64,000 nt of DNA from Azolla caroliniana. Taxonomy: Eukaryota > Plantae > Polypodiophyta. Positions within the stretch are counted from its first letter, which is position 1; each line of letters begins with the position of its first letter. Positions 49,330 to 61,559 of this stretch are shown here, piece by piece. Both the position numbers and the translations under genes were made by a program. The DNA is taken from assembly GCA_043228905.1 (NCBI GenBank), contig JBHGNT010000014.1, positions 18,228,001-18,292,000 on the forward strand, given 5' to 3'. The notes under the pieces were generated by a model. The model made no database searches and was not told the origin of the DNA. It worked only from the letters and a program-made list of their open reading frames with translations.

Positions 49330-51697
49330 GTCACACATCTCACCAAAGACCCTTAGAGTTGCAAGACAATAAAGAGAATGAGCTAAACATTTTTTAAGGG
49401 TATAAGGTAATTGATCTATAGAGCTTTATACCCTCATAAGAGCAAAAGGGCACAATTGCAATAATAGTAAATAAGGAAGAACTATAAAGTTGTTCTAAGG
49501 GTTGTTCCTTGTTCTGATCCCCTAAGCTTAAGCTCAAGCCTCTCTCTCTCTCTCTCTCTCTAATAAATTCCATAATCCAAGCCCTTAACTCAATTTTCGT
49601 ATCTAACTAAGCTTGTAACTATTCAAGCTCATTATAGAAGCTAACTTGTGTTGGCGTTTTCTAGGTCTTCATTCTCTAATGAGCATTGTCAAATGGGGTT
49701 AAGTCTCTCACGTATTTGTTTTTATCATTAATCATGTGAAGATGATTAGATTATAGACATCGATTGAGCAATTAGATTAAAAGTAAGAAGCTTGAAGATG
49801 GTTGGCACCCACGTCACCGCAAAGTTACATGTGTGCATGAGAAATTGAGCGGAACCATAGTGGACTTGAACCAACGAAAATGGAGATCTTCATGAATGGT
49901 TGGGGGAGAAACACATTCTACTTGAATATGATTCTCCGATGTCGTCGAGAAGTTACATGCATGCATGTAAATTTGAGTAGAATCACCAAGGAGTGGAACC
50001 AAGGAAGATGGAGCTCTTAATGAAGGGTTGTGTGAGAGCACACACAATTTTCCGTTTTTGGGAGTACTTATTCATACAAATTATTGAACCTTAAAGAAAA
50101 AGTCTAGCACCAAAGAATGCTCTTTGTCCAAGATTTGAAGATACCAAACCAAATTGTGAAGATGGAGTAGGGAAATATTTTACAAAGAAATAATGGCCAA
50201 ACTAATCGAACTACATAAGGGCTAGTTTGTATAACATATATACCTATATATAGTACCATCAATTTATGATCATTAGCTAGTTTGTCAATTTATGATTTAC
50301 ATAAACATGTATGTGTTGTCAAAATTGAGTGCATATGTGACATAATGTCAATAATGCTTTATTGATAAACATGGAAGAATATCAAGAATCAACATCAAAC
50401 CAAAAAAGTTCAAGAATTTATCGGACACACATGTGGTTTGAGCACTCCATAGTGCAATAAAGTTGATGTGTTAAGATGGTTTGTCTCCAAATCATCCTTA
50501 CCATAACCAAATTATCCTTGCCATCTAGACAATTAGTATAATACTAGTTAGAGCTATTCCACAAACAATAGACTAAGGTGCTCCTTTCTATGTTGGGGAA
50601 AAAAATTGTGGATTGTTCTTTAAAGGTTCAAGATGCCTTCACCCTAATAACAAATTGTGGCACACTCATGTACACCCTACCCATATATTCACTATCTAGC
50701 ATGAACCCATTTTTATAGAACAAATGCCTTGTGGCAAAGATAGAGAAACCACTATCTTCACCTTAATAGTTAATTTGATGTTCATGCGTATATTTATAGG
50801 CGAATTGTTTGTCCAATGCTAGTTAGTTTCTTGTGTTTTTATTGCAACATTTGTCCATTAAACTCACTCTGATGGCTCAAGCCTCAAACGACAAAAAACT
50901 TTTAAACGAACCAAGTTGCGGAAACTTCCTTGATTGATCATTTGCAACACTTAAAAACACATGTGAAATCATCCAACTCTAGATGAGAATATGGTAACTC
51001 CATATAAACCGAACTATCCTACCATCCAAGACGCATTAAAATATGCTGCTTTTCAGTTCACTGGCTACACTCTCTACTCTCTACAAAGCTTCCATGTATG
51101 TACAATACTGCAAACTCTCTGTACATAAATTATGTGTCTTGCTTACGATTCCAAGAATCCCAGCAACAATACTCTCTATTCACATAATTTCACAATCAGT
51201 AGCCTTTAAGTCGATCTATACAAAGGCTTCTAAAATGTGCTACTTCTATGCATTCTTGTGAGATATCTTTTCCTTTCCTTCCCTTGGCTTAATATTGTGA
51301 GGGCAAGGCTCTATAACTTTATTATTTAGTATCTAATTGTCTGTTATGCTGATCTTTGATTGCAAAAAATTTGACAGTGTAACTGTTTGATTCTATTTCA
51401 AAATGCTATCATTGAGTTGGGTCAGGAGCACATGTTGGCTGATAGTTGTGCCTATCTTCTCTAGCCAACATTTGACATGGTAGATGCTTGATTTTATCTG
51501 GAAATGCCATCATTGATCGGGGTAGTTATACACGTTGGCTGCCAGATAGGCCCTTCTTCACTTGCAAAAGATTTTCATGGTAGATTCTTTATTTTACTCC
51601 AAATGCTACAGGCGATTAACACCATCTGGTCGGTGGATATGATAACCTTCTCTAACCAAACTTTAGCTTTGTAAATGCTTGAATTCACCTGAAATTG

Positions 51698-54675
51698 CTA
51701 CCATTGATTGGGCCAATAGCACCAATTAGCTGGTCGATCTCTTGATATGAGCAATACTCGTGAATGTGCATAATCAAAAGAAGGGTTGAACAGATCTTGA
51801 GTGCCCAAAATATCTTCTACTTCTTCTATTACACAATGTTGGCTTTGTACACTCTCTCTGAAGCCTTTATATATATGTAACCCATTCCCATTTATTGCCA
51901 TAACTGCGTTATAAGATCCCCAGACTTGTGTCAATGATAGTTGAGCATAGTGAGATGCCGAAGGTTGAAATGCATATGTGCAAATTAGCCTCCCTTTTCG
52001 AGCCGACCATTGCTGCATCCCACATTCATTATATATTGGATTAACACCGCCTGTTAGAATTGTATCCCCCTTTGCAAATACTGATTGTAGATCCTCTCCC
52101 AGTGAAGAAAAACATAGTCCAACTCCTCCAGGAACTCGAAAGTCAAGAACATTTATATCTTTTTTTGTGCAAAAGATGCCATCATATCCTTCAGTTTCAG
52201 AGGAATTCAACCTAAAAGAAATGCAATCATATGTAAGAATCTCAAACTTATTATGAACTAATTAATCTGATCAAATTAATTAGACTTCATCCATCTAGAT
52301 ACTCCCAAGCTATGATAGGTCAGTTGGCATCAAGTTGTAGGACCTTATATAACCCCAATTATACCAATTAAACCTAGATCTATATCCAAATACAAAAAAT
52401 GCAGTTTATCAAGATAATTAGTTGATCTATGGTCTAATTAACTCTTGTAGGTGTGATACATGTAAGCTAGTAAAATCATATGAGTATTTAGATATTTATT
52501 CGAGAATGATTGCATTAACTAAGTGATGGTACCTTCGTCTTATACCAGCTCCACAATCATCGTTCGCATCATGGATATGGAAAGCACAAATTTGTTTTTC
52601 TTCTGGCAGCTCAATGTAAAGACATCGTCCATCCATTGTATTAACATCCCATACACTCAAAGCATGATTTTCAGCTAAGACAATCTTATCCTTCTTTGTC
52701 CATTGCAACGGGCTGCTGAAATCTAAGCTTGAAATGTGGCGTTTTGTTGACCAAGTTGTGATTATATCACCATCACGAATGTCATGAAGAGTCAGAGTTT
52801 TAAAGAATGTACCACCCGATGCAATCAGAGGCCCACATGGCTTATACCACTTAGTCTGAAAAGCATCATTGATCTTGTTTTCTGAATCATTATAGTATGC
52901 AGTGACACTTCTAGTGTCAAAATCCCATGAACAAAACCCAGCATCTAATGCACTTCCAGAAGTTGCAGCAACAACATATTTGTTGGTGTAGCCATCTGAC
53001 CCAACAGCTTTAATCAACCAACAATCATCCCAAGGGATCGGAGCAGCTCCCACTGGACATTTATATTCAGCTTTCCCCTAAAAACAAAAGGTTGCCAATT
53101 GTCAAACATTGAAAAGATTGCCTTTGCAATTTACACGCTGAACTGATATCTATGAGTGTGCCTGGATATGTGTAGGTCAATTCATGGCAGTAAATTAGGT
53201 CATTTATGATATCTAATAATGACCTTAATATTTGATAAACAGCCAGATAAAGGACGTTGAGGTTATACATTCAAAACTAACAAGTTCCCTATAGGTATTT
53301 TGGTTGGGATATCTTTTAAATGTTTACACTAGTACTGAGAGCATGCATATTAACGATTTCTCCATGGGAAATTCTAGCAAAGCTATGTAGAAAGGCTGGC
53401 ATACAAATTACGGAATATCTATGGAGCCACTGTTACCTCCATGTTCACGGCATCATAAAATGAACAGCCTCCATCCTCATGGGCAAGCAGAATGGTGCCT
53501 TGATCGCATACATACCAGCCAGCCGTTGCAACCCGATTACCAATAGGATTAAGTTCATTTCCCATGTGACTGTCCGAATTCATTTCTAGTTCTCCCCCCA
53601 ATGAATTGTTCTCTAGACTCTGAAAGCTCTCTAGTGGAAGACTCTCATCACACTTCAACAGATCAGCCTCAAGTAGAAGACTCTCATCACAGTTCAAGAC
53701 ATCTCCCTCATCTTTCACTGGAGGGACAAGATGTAATTCATGGGGCCCTTTTACAGAAATAACCTTTTTCATGACTTTCCCACGTTCAGCATTGAGAAGT
53801 ACATTGTTAGAGTCATGTAGAAGTTTATGCTTTAGAGATCTGAGATTGGTACCTTTCTCGACCACTTTGTGATGGATATCGATCTCAGATAATCTGATAC
53901 CCTGCTCAGCCGATCTGTGACTGACACTACTTTCAACCGATCCAGGACTAGTACCAATTTCCTCCAATCTGACATCATTCTGAGACAATCTAGAACTATT
54001 CTCAGTCAATCTATTCCCAATACCATTCTCAACCAATTGATGACCAATAATGTTTAGAGCATTCTTGGCCAAACTGTGACTAACATTATTTATACCATCT
54101 TCAACTGATCCGTGACTGATATCATTGGCAATGGCATCTGGTCCGAGAAGACTTAGCTTCCGCAATTTCTGCTTACCTCTATAACCATATGCAAATGAAT
54201 CGGGAGAATTATCTCTCTCTTCACTAAAATGCATACCTGCTTGTGTATTAAGAACTGGACAGTCTAGTTTAGAGTGCAAAACGGCTCTGCTTTCCATGAG
54301 CTTTTCTCGAAGAGACATGTGAATTCTGAGGGAAGCATCTTTGACCTGTGTTTGTTCAGTGTTAAAGCCATCATTCTTCACAGAACTTGAAGAGTGTGCT
54401 CTAATTGAGCCTTTATGAACTGGATTTCGTTGAGCACTAGAAAATGCATATAAATCCTTCTCGTTCTCAGGAATCTTTACATCGTTCTCATTATTGAACG
54501 TATAATCTTCCAAATTCTGATGAGAGAGATCCAACTTCTCATGATTTTGGAGCTTCTCCTCCTCATCTGATCCAGAGTCCTCCGATTTCTGATGAAAAAC
54601 CTTCATTATTTTATCGATCTGTATCTCTTCATCATTGGGCTTATATTCATCCGACCTCTGACACGAATCATTCAA
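51698..54675 (-). CDS. KIN14B-interacting protein At4g14310-like (C-terminal WD40-like region)
   Basis: Exons ~54675-53437 (start uncertain; first in-frame ATG at 54606), 53077-52533 and 52211-51698, GT-AG and in phase. Motifs LNPIGNRVATAGWYVCDQGTILLAHEDGGCSFYD, WDDCWLIKAVGSDG..KYVVAATSG..LDAGFCSWDF, WYKPCGPLIAS, DFSSPLQW, SSETEGYDG, PSFDY..SRVLLISRDRPA match the family as recalled. Confidence 0.88.
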
Positions 54676-55038
54676 TTTATGATGGATCTGTAACCTTCCC
54701 GCATTGTTAAAGCCTAGAATCCACTAATTTCCGATGAATATGTAACCTTTCCTCGTCCTTCGAGCTAGAATCTATCTAATTTTCTTCAGCAACAGGGAAG
54801 ATACTAACATACCAAGAGGAAATTGTGTTCGATCTGCTGCTATGTCGACAAGGATTTTCGTCTAGAATCAAGCATTCGAAGAAGCATCAGCACCGCCAAG
54901 GGCCAGACAAAAGGTGAAATCGCTGCTGCATGCATAGCTTCTGATGCTCGGAGGAGGTACGTACTCGGCGATACGGTGAAGAGAGAAGGCGGAGAGACCG
55001 AAATTAGGGTTAGCTACAGTGACAAAGCAGAGCAAGAA

Positions 55039-55040
<2 letters not shown>

Positions 55041-55079
<39 letters not shown>
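55041..55079. repeat. (GA)n microsatellite, read as (CT)n in the 5' leader of the At4g14310-like gene
   Basis: Read directly; telo-box-like TTAGGGTT at ~55004-55011. Confidence 0.85.
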
Positions 55080-55083
<4 letters not shown>

Positions 55084-55285
55084 AAGAAAAAAGATTTGGA
55101 CCCCCATGAGAGAGGAGTGATTCTTGGCGCCAAAATTTTGTTTGTGGGGAAAAGTTGCCCACGTTTTTTCCCGCCTTTTTTTTGGGGGGGGGGATGGTAC
55201 GTTCCAGAAGGTTCTGGAATTTTCCGGAGAGGCGGCGGCATGCCAGGTGGGGCGCTACGTTTATTTGCCTCTAAATCTCTAAAGC

Positions 55286-55556
55286 TAGGAACCGACAATG
55301 GTTGGGCTTCTGGCTTAACTAGTTTCGGACTTTCCAAACCGGTTACTAGACTAGTTAAGGCTAATCGGTTTCGCCAAGCCGACTAAGCCTTAACCGGTTC
55401 GGCCCAAAACGGTTCCATTCCGTTCTGCTTGAACCATCCAAACGGAGCTCAAACCAGTTAAGGAAGCACAAGTTGAAACCGAACCGAACCGCCAAATTGC
55501 TTTAAAACGGTTTAACAGTTCGGTTTAAGCTTAAGCCGAGCTGTTGCTGATTCTTA
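55286..55556. mobile_element. hAT-type MITE (TAGGA-start variant) upstream of the At4g14310-like gene
   Basis: TIRs TAGGAACCGACAATGG / CTGTTGCTGATTCTTA; AACCG repeats; flanks TCTAAAGC / TTTAAAAC (6/8 match). Confidence 0.75.
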
Positions 55557-58405
55557 TTTAAAACATGGAGATATGCATGATCAGTTGACAAGTCGTTTAG
55601 AGATAGTGAATATTCTTTTATTAAGTAGAAGGGATGGAGAGATCCCATCGAGTAATCGATCGTGCTTGCACCTCTCTTGGGGTTCCAACATGCTGGAGCA
55701 TCTTATCTTGCCCAATGTGAAATGGGCCATAGTTTGAAAATTCACTCGTATGTATGAGATTGTTCCTTTCGGTTATTTGATTAACGACTTCATTGTTGTG
55801 CATTGATAATGTAATGGGTCAGCACCAAAAGGCAAATCAAAGGATGGCATCATTTGTCCATCTAGTAGGACGTGGGGGTTTCTACATCATGGAAATGTAG
55901 ACACTTACACCATGCGGTGTAGATTGAGCATACACATGCAATGTGTAGATGTAAGTGCCTAGATGCGGATATGGAAAAGAGTTTTATAAACTCTCACTTG
56001 TGTGATGGACTTGGGTGGGAGATTGATGTAGCATACACTAGAAGAAAAAGTTGATTAAGTTGGCCTGACTACTATTATGAATAGTTAAGCCACCATCTTT
56101 GGCATACTGCTTAAAAACCATTTTATGATGACTCCACATCTTCGACAAGTGGTCACAAATAGCTTGTATGGCTTGAATCATATATTCACCTATGCTTATG
56201 CATTTAAGATTATGCAATAACAACTCTATGCTCGATATCATAGCATATTTGATGAAGTAGTCTGATAAATATATGTACAAAGTCATTCGTTTATGGATAA
56301 AAGGCAAATTCAATTGATGTAAAACATGGATGCCCCACGCAAAGTTACATTGTAATGCTATGAGGTTACAAGATTGACTTGTTGGAAAACATTTCTTATG
56401 ATTTAGGTGACCATGAGTATATAAAAAAATGTACTTTAACCTTTCGATGTCTGAAATTTGGAAAGTGACAATACAACAATCGTCCACAAAGAACATGTTG
56501 AATGATGTGAGAGCTTGTCGTATAAAAGATGAAGCAAATTCAAAATTGAATTGGATGATGAATTTAGCATGGGTAAAGTGTTTACATAGTATTGTTATGT
56601 GTGAATCGTGATCAAAATACAAACGATGCTCACATGTGCAATCAACATCAAGGGGGCTAAATTGCTTATGATTGTAGCACATGAACTAGAACTTATGTTG
56701 TATCGAGCTCATTGTCATTATCATGCTTCAATGATTTGTTAATGATATACCAATCTCACTTTTCTCCCTTGTTTACTTTACATAAAATATTTACATGTGT
56801 CTTCTTGTTTTATTTGAAATCTAACATGCTCTGCAGAATATATCCAACAAAATTATCACCTGTGGATTCAAGACTTAAATCATAAACACATGTTCCATCT
56901 AAATGCACTAATATAACAATGTATTGGCAAGTTTTGTTCTATGGAACCAAAGATATGATTTTCACATGTATAGTGTTGTACTCGTTTGAAATATTCAAAC
57001 ATATTAACAATACTATCCGAAAACTAGCAAATGCACCCTTAAAAGGTTTGAAATTATGATATCTTGTTTGCAACAAAAGTAGAAGAATTGTGTTGAGCTC
57101 AAGGAAAGAAAATGTGGTCAAACAACATCGAAGGTAGGTTAATGTGAATGCTAACCATGTGCAACTAACCAAAACATGTTGTTAAGACATCGTGGACACA
57201 TCGATGGTGAAGTTAAGCAAGGACATATGAAAAATGCATGGAAACCTATGATCATGTGTGTTTTAGGGTAGATTATTAAGCATATGACAATGTTCTTGAC
57301 TCTTCTCCACCAATTCATCACATACGAAGTTTCTGAGGTCTAACATGTGATCAAATATAAACTCAATATTGGTTGACATTTGGCAAGTTTCTTAACAATT
57401 ATTAAGTTTGATGTAATTACCAATGTTCATCATACATACACGTTTTAATCTACATAGATTCACAAGCTTCACCTAATCAATGATGGGCCTACATTTTACT
57501 CTATGGTAAAGTCAAAACTTTTCATCAAAACTTTTGTTTTTTCAACCAGCATCTTATAAAGATGTTTTGGGGAAATTTTTGTATGTTGTTATGACTTTTC
57601 TAAATACTAATGGAAGTATACTTTCTTTTGAAAAAAAAATGATGGGCCTACATAAATAGAAGGCATAGGAAGGAACAAAAGAGGTAGGAAAGAGGGCATA
57701 AATGCCGAGAATGGGACATATCTTTGAAATAAATGTAAACAAAGAGCAAACATCTAAAAGTATACTAGCAGTAGCAATATGGATGAAGATGTTACTATAT
57801 ACATGGTCATATGTGCCGATAATTGATATAGGCATGGCCCTGATGAAACAGACAAGAGTGAAGTAGCCATGCATTTGAGGTTGCTACTATATGCAATAAT
57901 GTGCGTTGATAAATGGGTAATAGGTACGAAGTCTACATTTGGCCTCTCAATAGTCTATGCTAAGATCCTTTTTTTCTAGTAACGCGTATTCTTATACATT
58001 GCTTCTCTAAATTGTGTCAATACCTCTGAACTGCAAATTTGGTGACACCAACAAGTCTGAGTTGATTTATGTGGCAAGAGTAATCGATGTGAATTCATAT
58101 AAGTTTTTTTTTTTCCAGATTGTTTCCGGAACCAACTTTCTACCATAAAAAATATGTGTAATGTCAACAACGCAATTGGGTCGATTAAATGTGGTGGGCA
58201 ATATGTCATTAATTCCTGAGCAACAACTTCTTTTTACAAATACAAATACAAATGCATAGGCTTTGTTCTGTTCCTTGTCAATGAATGAAAATCCATCAAA
58301 AGGCCAAAAGAGTAGGTGTGAAATTGATCTTCAACAGCAAAAAGCTAACAAGCAAAACAGCTGCAATGTGATATAGACTTAAAAAAGCAAAGCAAATTCT
58401 ATGTC

Positions 58406-58413
58406 TATAAATA
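58406..58413 (+). promoter_or_regulatory. TATA box of ACBP
   Basis: TATAAATA ~60 bp upstream of the ATG at 58469. Confidence 0.65.
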
Positions 58414-58468
58414 AGAGTGAAGGCTTGTTGCAAGGAAAATAAGAAGAAACACACTGAAGAAAACTAGC

Positions 58469-61400
58469 ATGGGCTTAGTTGTAAGTTAATTCTTTCCAAT
58501 TTTCCACACACACATATATGTATGTATGTATGTATGTATCATGTATGTGTATATGTATATGTATGCATGTATATAAAGGGAGATCTCTGATGGCTTAAGG
58601 TACATTCACTACATTATTTTGTGTATTCTTTCTTTTGATTAGTGAACACGTTGATTTATAATGATATGCTAATGCATAGGCAAGGTAAACTTTAGAGATC
58701 CTTAATGTCGTGTATTTTTGTTTTTGAAAAATCATTAGTTAGTGAATACTCATATTTGCACTAATATGCTAATGGCTAGGCATGATAAAGCTCTACAGAT
58801 CCTTAATGTTGTGTGTCTTTTCTTCTAAAAAACCATTTATTTTCTGAATCAACTTTTACAATGCTAATATCTAATCTTCAGTGATCCATAATGTTAGTTT
58901 TTTCTTTTAAACAATTATTGGTTTATGAAATAAATTCGTCTGTATATGCTAATGTCACCAAGATTCTAAAGGAAACCCATGGAAGAAAAGAAATGGGATT
59001 TGAATCCAATGTGTTAAAGATCAGAAGATCCTTAACATTGTAATTTCTTCTAAAAATCATTGCTTAGGAATGCACCATGTCTATTTAAGAACGGTAGATG
59101 TAAAAAGTTTTTAATATTGTATTCTTTCAAAAACATGAATTTTTAAGTGAATATACTATGCTTTAAGAAAATGGTAAAATTGAGACACCATTGTGTTTTC
59201 TTCTAAAATGTGCTTCAATGGTGAATAAATCCATATATGCTAAACCCACTAAGAATGGTAAAATTTAAAGGTTGCGAATTTTCTTCTATAAGAACATCCA
59301 TTAGTGAATACATTGGTTTGTATATGTCAATGCCTAGGCATGATAAAGCGTTAAACCCTTCTTAATGTTGTGTTTTCCTTCTAAAATCAGTGATTAGTCA
59401 CTACAAAATGTCTAAGAATGGCAAGCTTTAAAGATCCTTAATGTTGAATATTTATTTTAAAATGATGGATTCTCTTCTAGAAAATCATAGATTAGCGAAT
59501 ACATTGATGTGTATATGCTAATATTTAATGCAGGGTAAAGATTTAGAGACCCTTCTTAATATTATGTGGGGTTTTGGTAAAAAAAAACAGTGATTACACT
59601 CATAGTACGTAAAATCTGTGTTCGTCTAGTATAACATTCGTTTTCCTACATTGGAAAACAAATGCGAATGTTATCCAAACATTCTTGTGTTTTTTTTTTT
59701 TAATTCCCTTTTTTTTAATGTTTTTTTTTTCATTTTTAGGCTTATCTACCTCATAATAAATAGTTAATCCAAAAGTATGGTATTTATCATTCTTTGAGGG
59801 TGTTTTTCTTTCACGAATGATTGAACCATTCGCGAATGTGAATGCACGTCTGGTACGTATGGTTCATTCTATGATTTGTGTATGGCAATGTTTAGTGCAT
59901 GGTAAACAATTTGAGACTCTTTTTGTGATTTTCCTCTAAGAAATCAGTAATTTGCTGAATAAACTTGGATACTTGCTAATGTCTTTAAAGTTTATGCTAT
60001 AAAATCTCCCTCTAAAAATAAGTGAATTTTTTCTCAAATTATGATCAACTTTCTTCTAATAATGATTGATTTTCCTAAGGAAATATTTTGGTATTTCTTT
60101 TTCTTATCCTTTCGTTCCATTGTTTGCAGGAGGATTTTGAAAAGGCTGCAAAGGATGCCTTGAAGCTCCCAAACACCACAACTGATGATGATAAACTGGT
60201 ATTGTATTCTCTTTTCAAGCAAGCCACCGTTGGTGACTGTAATACAGGTGAATCTCTACATTACCTAAAATTGGATTGATTCCTTTTTTTTTTCTTTTCT
60301 ATTTAGGGAAATCTTGAAAACAAAACTTTCTTCAAATGGAGATTTGGTTCATAAATTATGTACATGTCAGTCACATGGCTTCCACATGGGCATCGACAAA
60401 TGGTCATCGTGCACCATTTGACGTGCCCACATATGGTATGTGTCACATGCCCAGAATGGCAATCATGCCCATCCCATATGCCCACATGGTCGGAAGTGTG
60501 TGGATGATAATATGAACCATGTCGGATGCCCACATCGTCTACAATGTGATATCATATGGTATGTGTCACATGTGCAAAATGGCAATCATGCCCATCCCAA
60601 TGCCCACATGGTCGGCATGATAATATGAACCATGTCGGATGCCCACATGGCCTACAATGTGATCTCTATCGCACATGTTGGGGAATGCATCTTCATGGCA
60701 TATGCCCCATATGGCATGTTATCATAAGATTGGGTACAATATGGCATGCCATGTGGTAATATAATACATGAATGGATGGATATGGATTCCATATGATGTG
60801 TGCTTGTGGTGTTATGGACGAAGAATGGATATATGTCACGTCATTTGCCACATGTGAGTTGGAGATTGTGTTTTGTGTCACATGCTCTGCCTCATGATAT
60901 TTGAGATGCTTTCAAATTGTTTAGAACAATTTAATTTGTTGCATGATTGAAAAAGCAACAAGTTCAACAGAGCACTTTGTACATTTCTCTTTGTTATTTG
61001 TGAGTTTCCACCACATTTTGACATCTCCATGTAAATATTACTAAAAAATAGGAAAAACTTATTGCATATATATATATGAATTAAACTTTCATAAGACATA
61101 TCCAAATCACACACAAGAATAATGAAATTTTAAAAAAAGTATATTGTCGAAGTGTCTTCCTTTCGATTTTGATTGGTCCAATGGTTTGTGTTATATGTCT
61201 TTTGTTTATATTATTCTATATGTATCCCCCATTGTATATATTGACATGAATGTACACAAATATGTGCATGTGTCTTATTTTTTGGTATTGGTTCAATGCT
61301 TGTAGCTCGACCCAATTTGTTGAACTTCACGGATAAGGCGAAATGGGACTCTTGGGATTTATTGAAAGGTGAACATATGAATCATTATACTTGAAATTTC

Positions 61401-61559
61401 ATTTATTTGTAATTGCTCTTCAAACTGTTGTGTGTAATATTAGATTTGATTCCTTTTGCTTCTAATCTAATAATGTTTATTACGTCTTTCACAGGAAAGA
61501 CAAAAGAAGAGTCCATGCAAGATTACATCACTAAAGTTCTCCAACTTCAAGAAGCCTAA
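58469..61559 (+). CDS. ACBP: Small cytosolic acyl-CoA-binding protein (class I, ACBP6-like), 85 aa
   Basis: Exons 58469-58480, 60130-60247, 61306-61368 and 61495-61559 (12+118+63+65 nt, GT-AG) give MGLVEDFEKAAKDALKLPNTTTDDDKLVLYSLFKQATVGDCNTARPNLLNFTDKAKWDSWDLLKGKTKEESMQDYITKVLQLQEA*. Confidence 0.95.
58630..59990. repeat. Degenerate ~85-100-bp tandem array filling ACBP intron 1
   Basis: Recurring units TTAGTGAATA...TATGCTAATG..TAGGCATG(A/G)TAAA...AGATCCTTAATGTTG...TTTTCTTCTAAAA. Confidence 0.7.
60360..60760. repeat. CCCACATG-rich repeat region with a ~115-bp tandem duplication in ACBP intron 2
   Basis: ATGGTATGTGTCACATG...ATGGCAATCATGCCCATCCCA...GATAATATGAACCATGTCGGATGCCCACAT..CTACAATGTGAT occurs twice. 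Confidence 0.8.

Noticed and set aside
54823-55386. 187-aa ORF with ERERER run (likewise ORFs at 6925, 12171 and 26692)
   Set aside because: Translations of GA microsatellites and UTR/MITE sequence
56038-56682. 214-aa minus-strand ORF as a gene
   Set aside because: No recognisable domain or splice context; probably a decayed TE or chance ORF in AT-rich DNA
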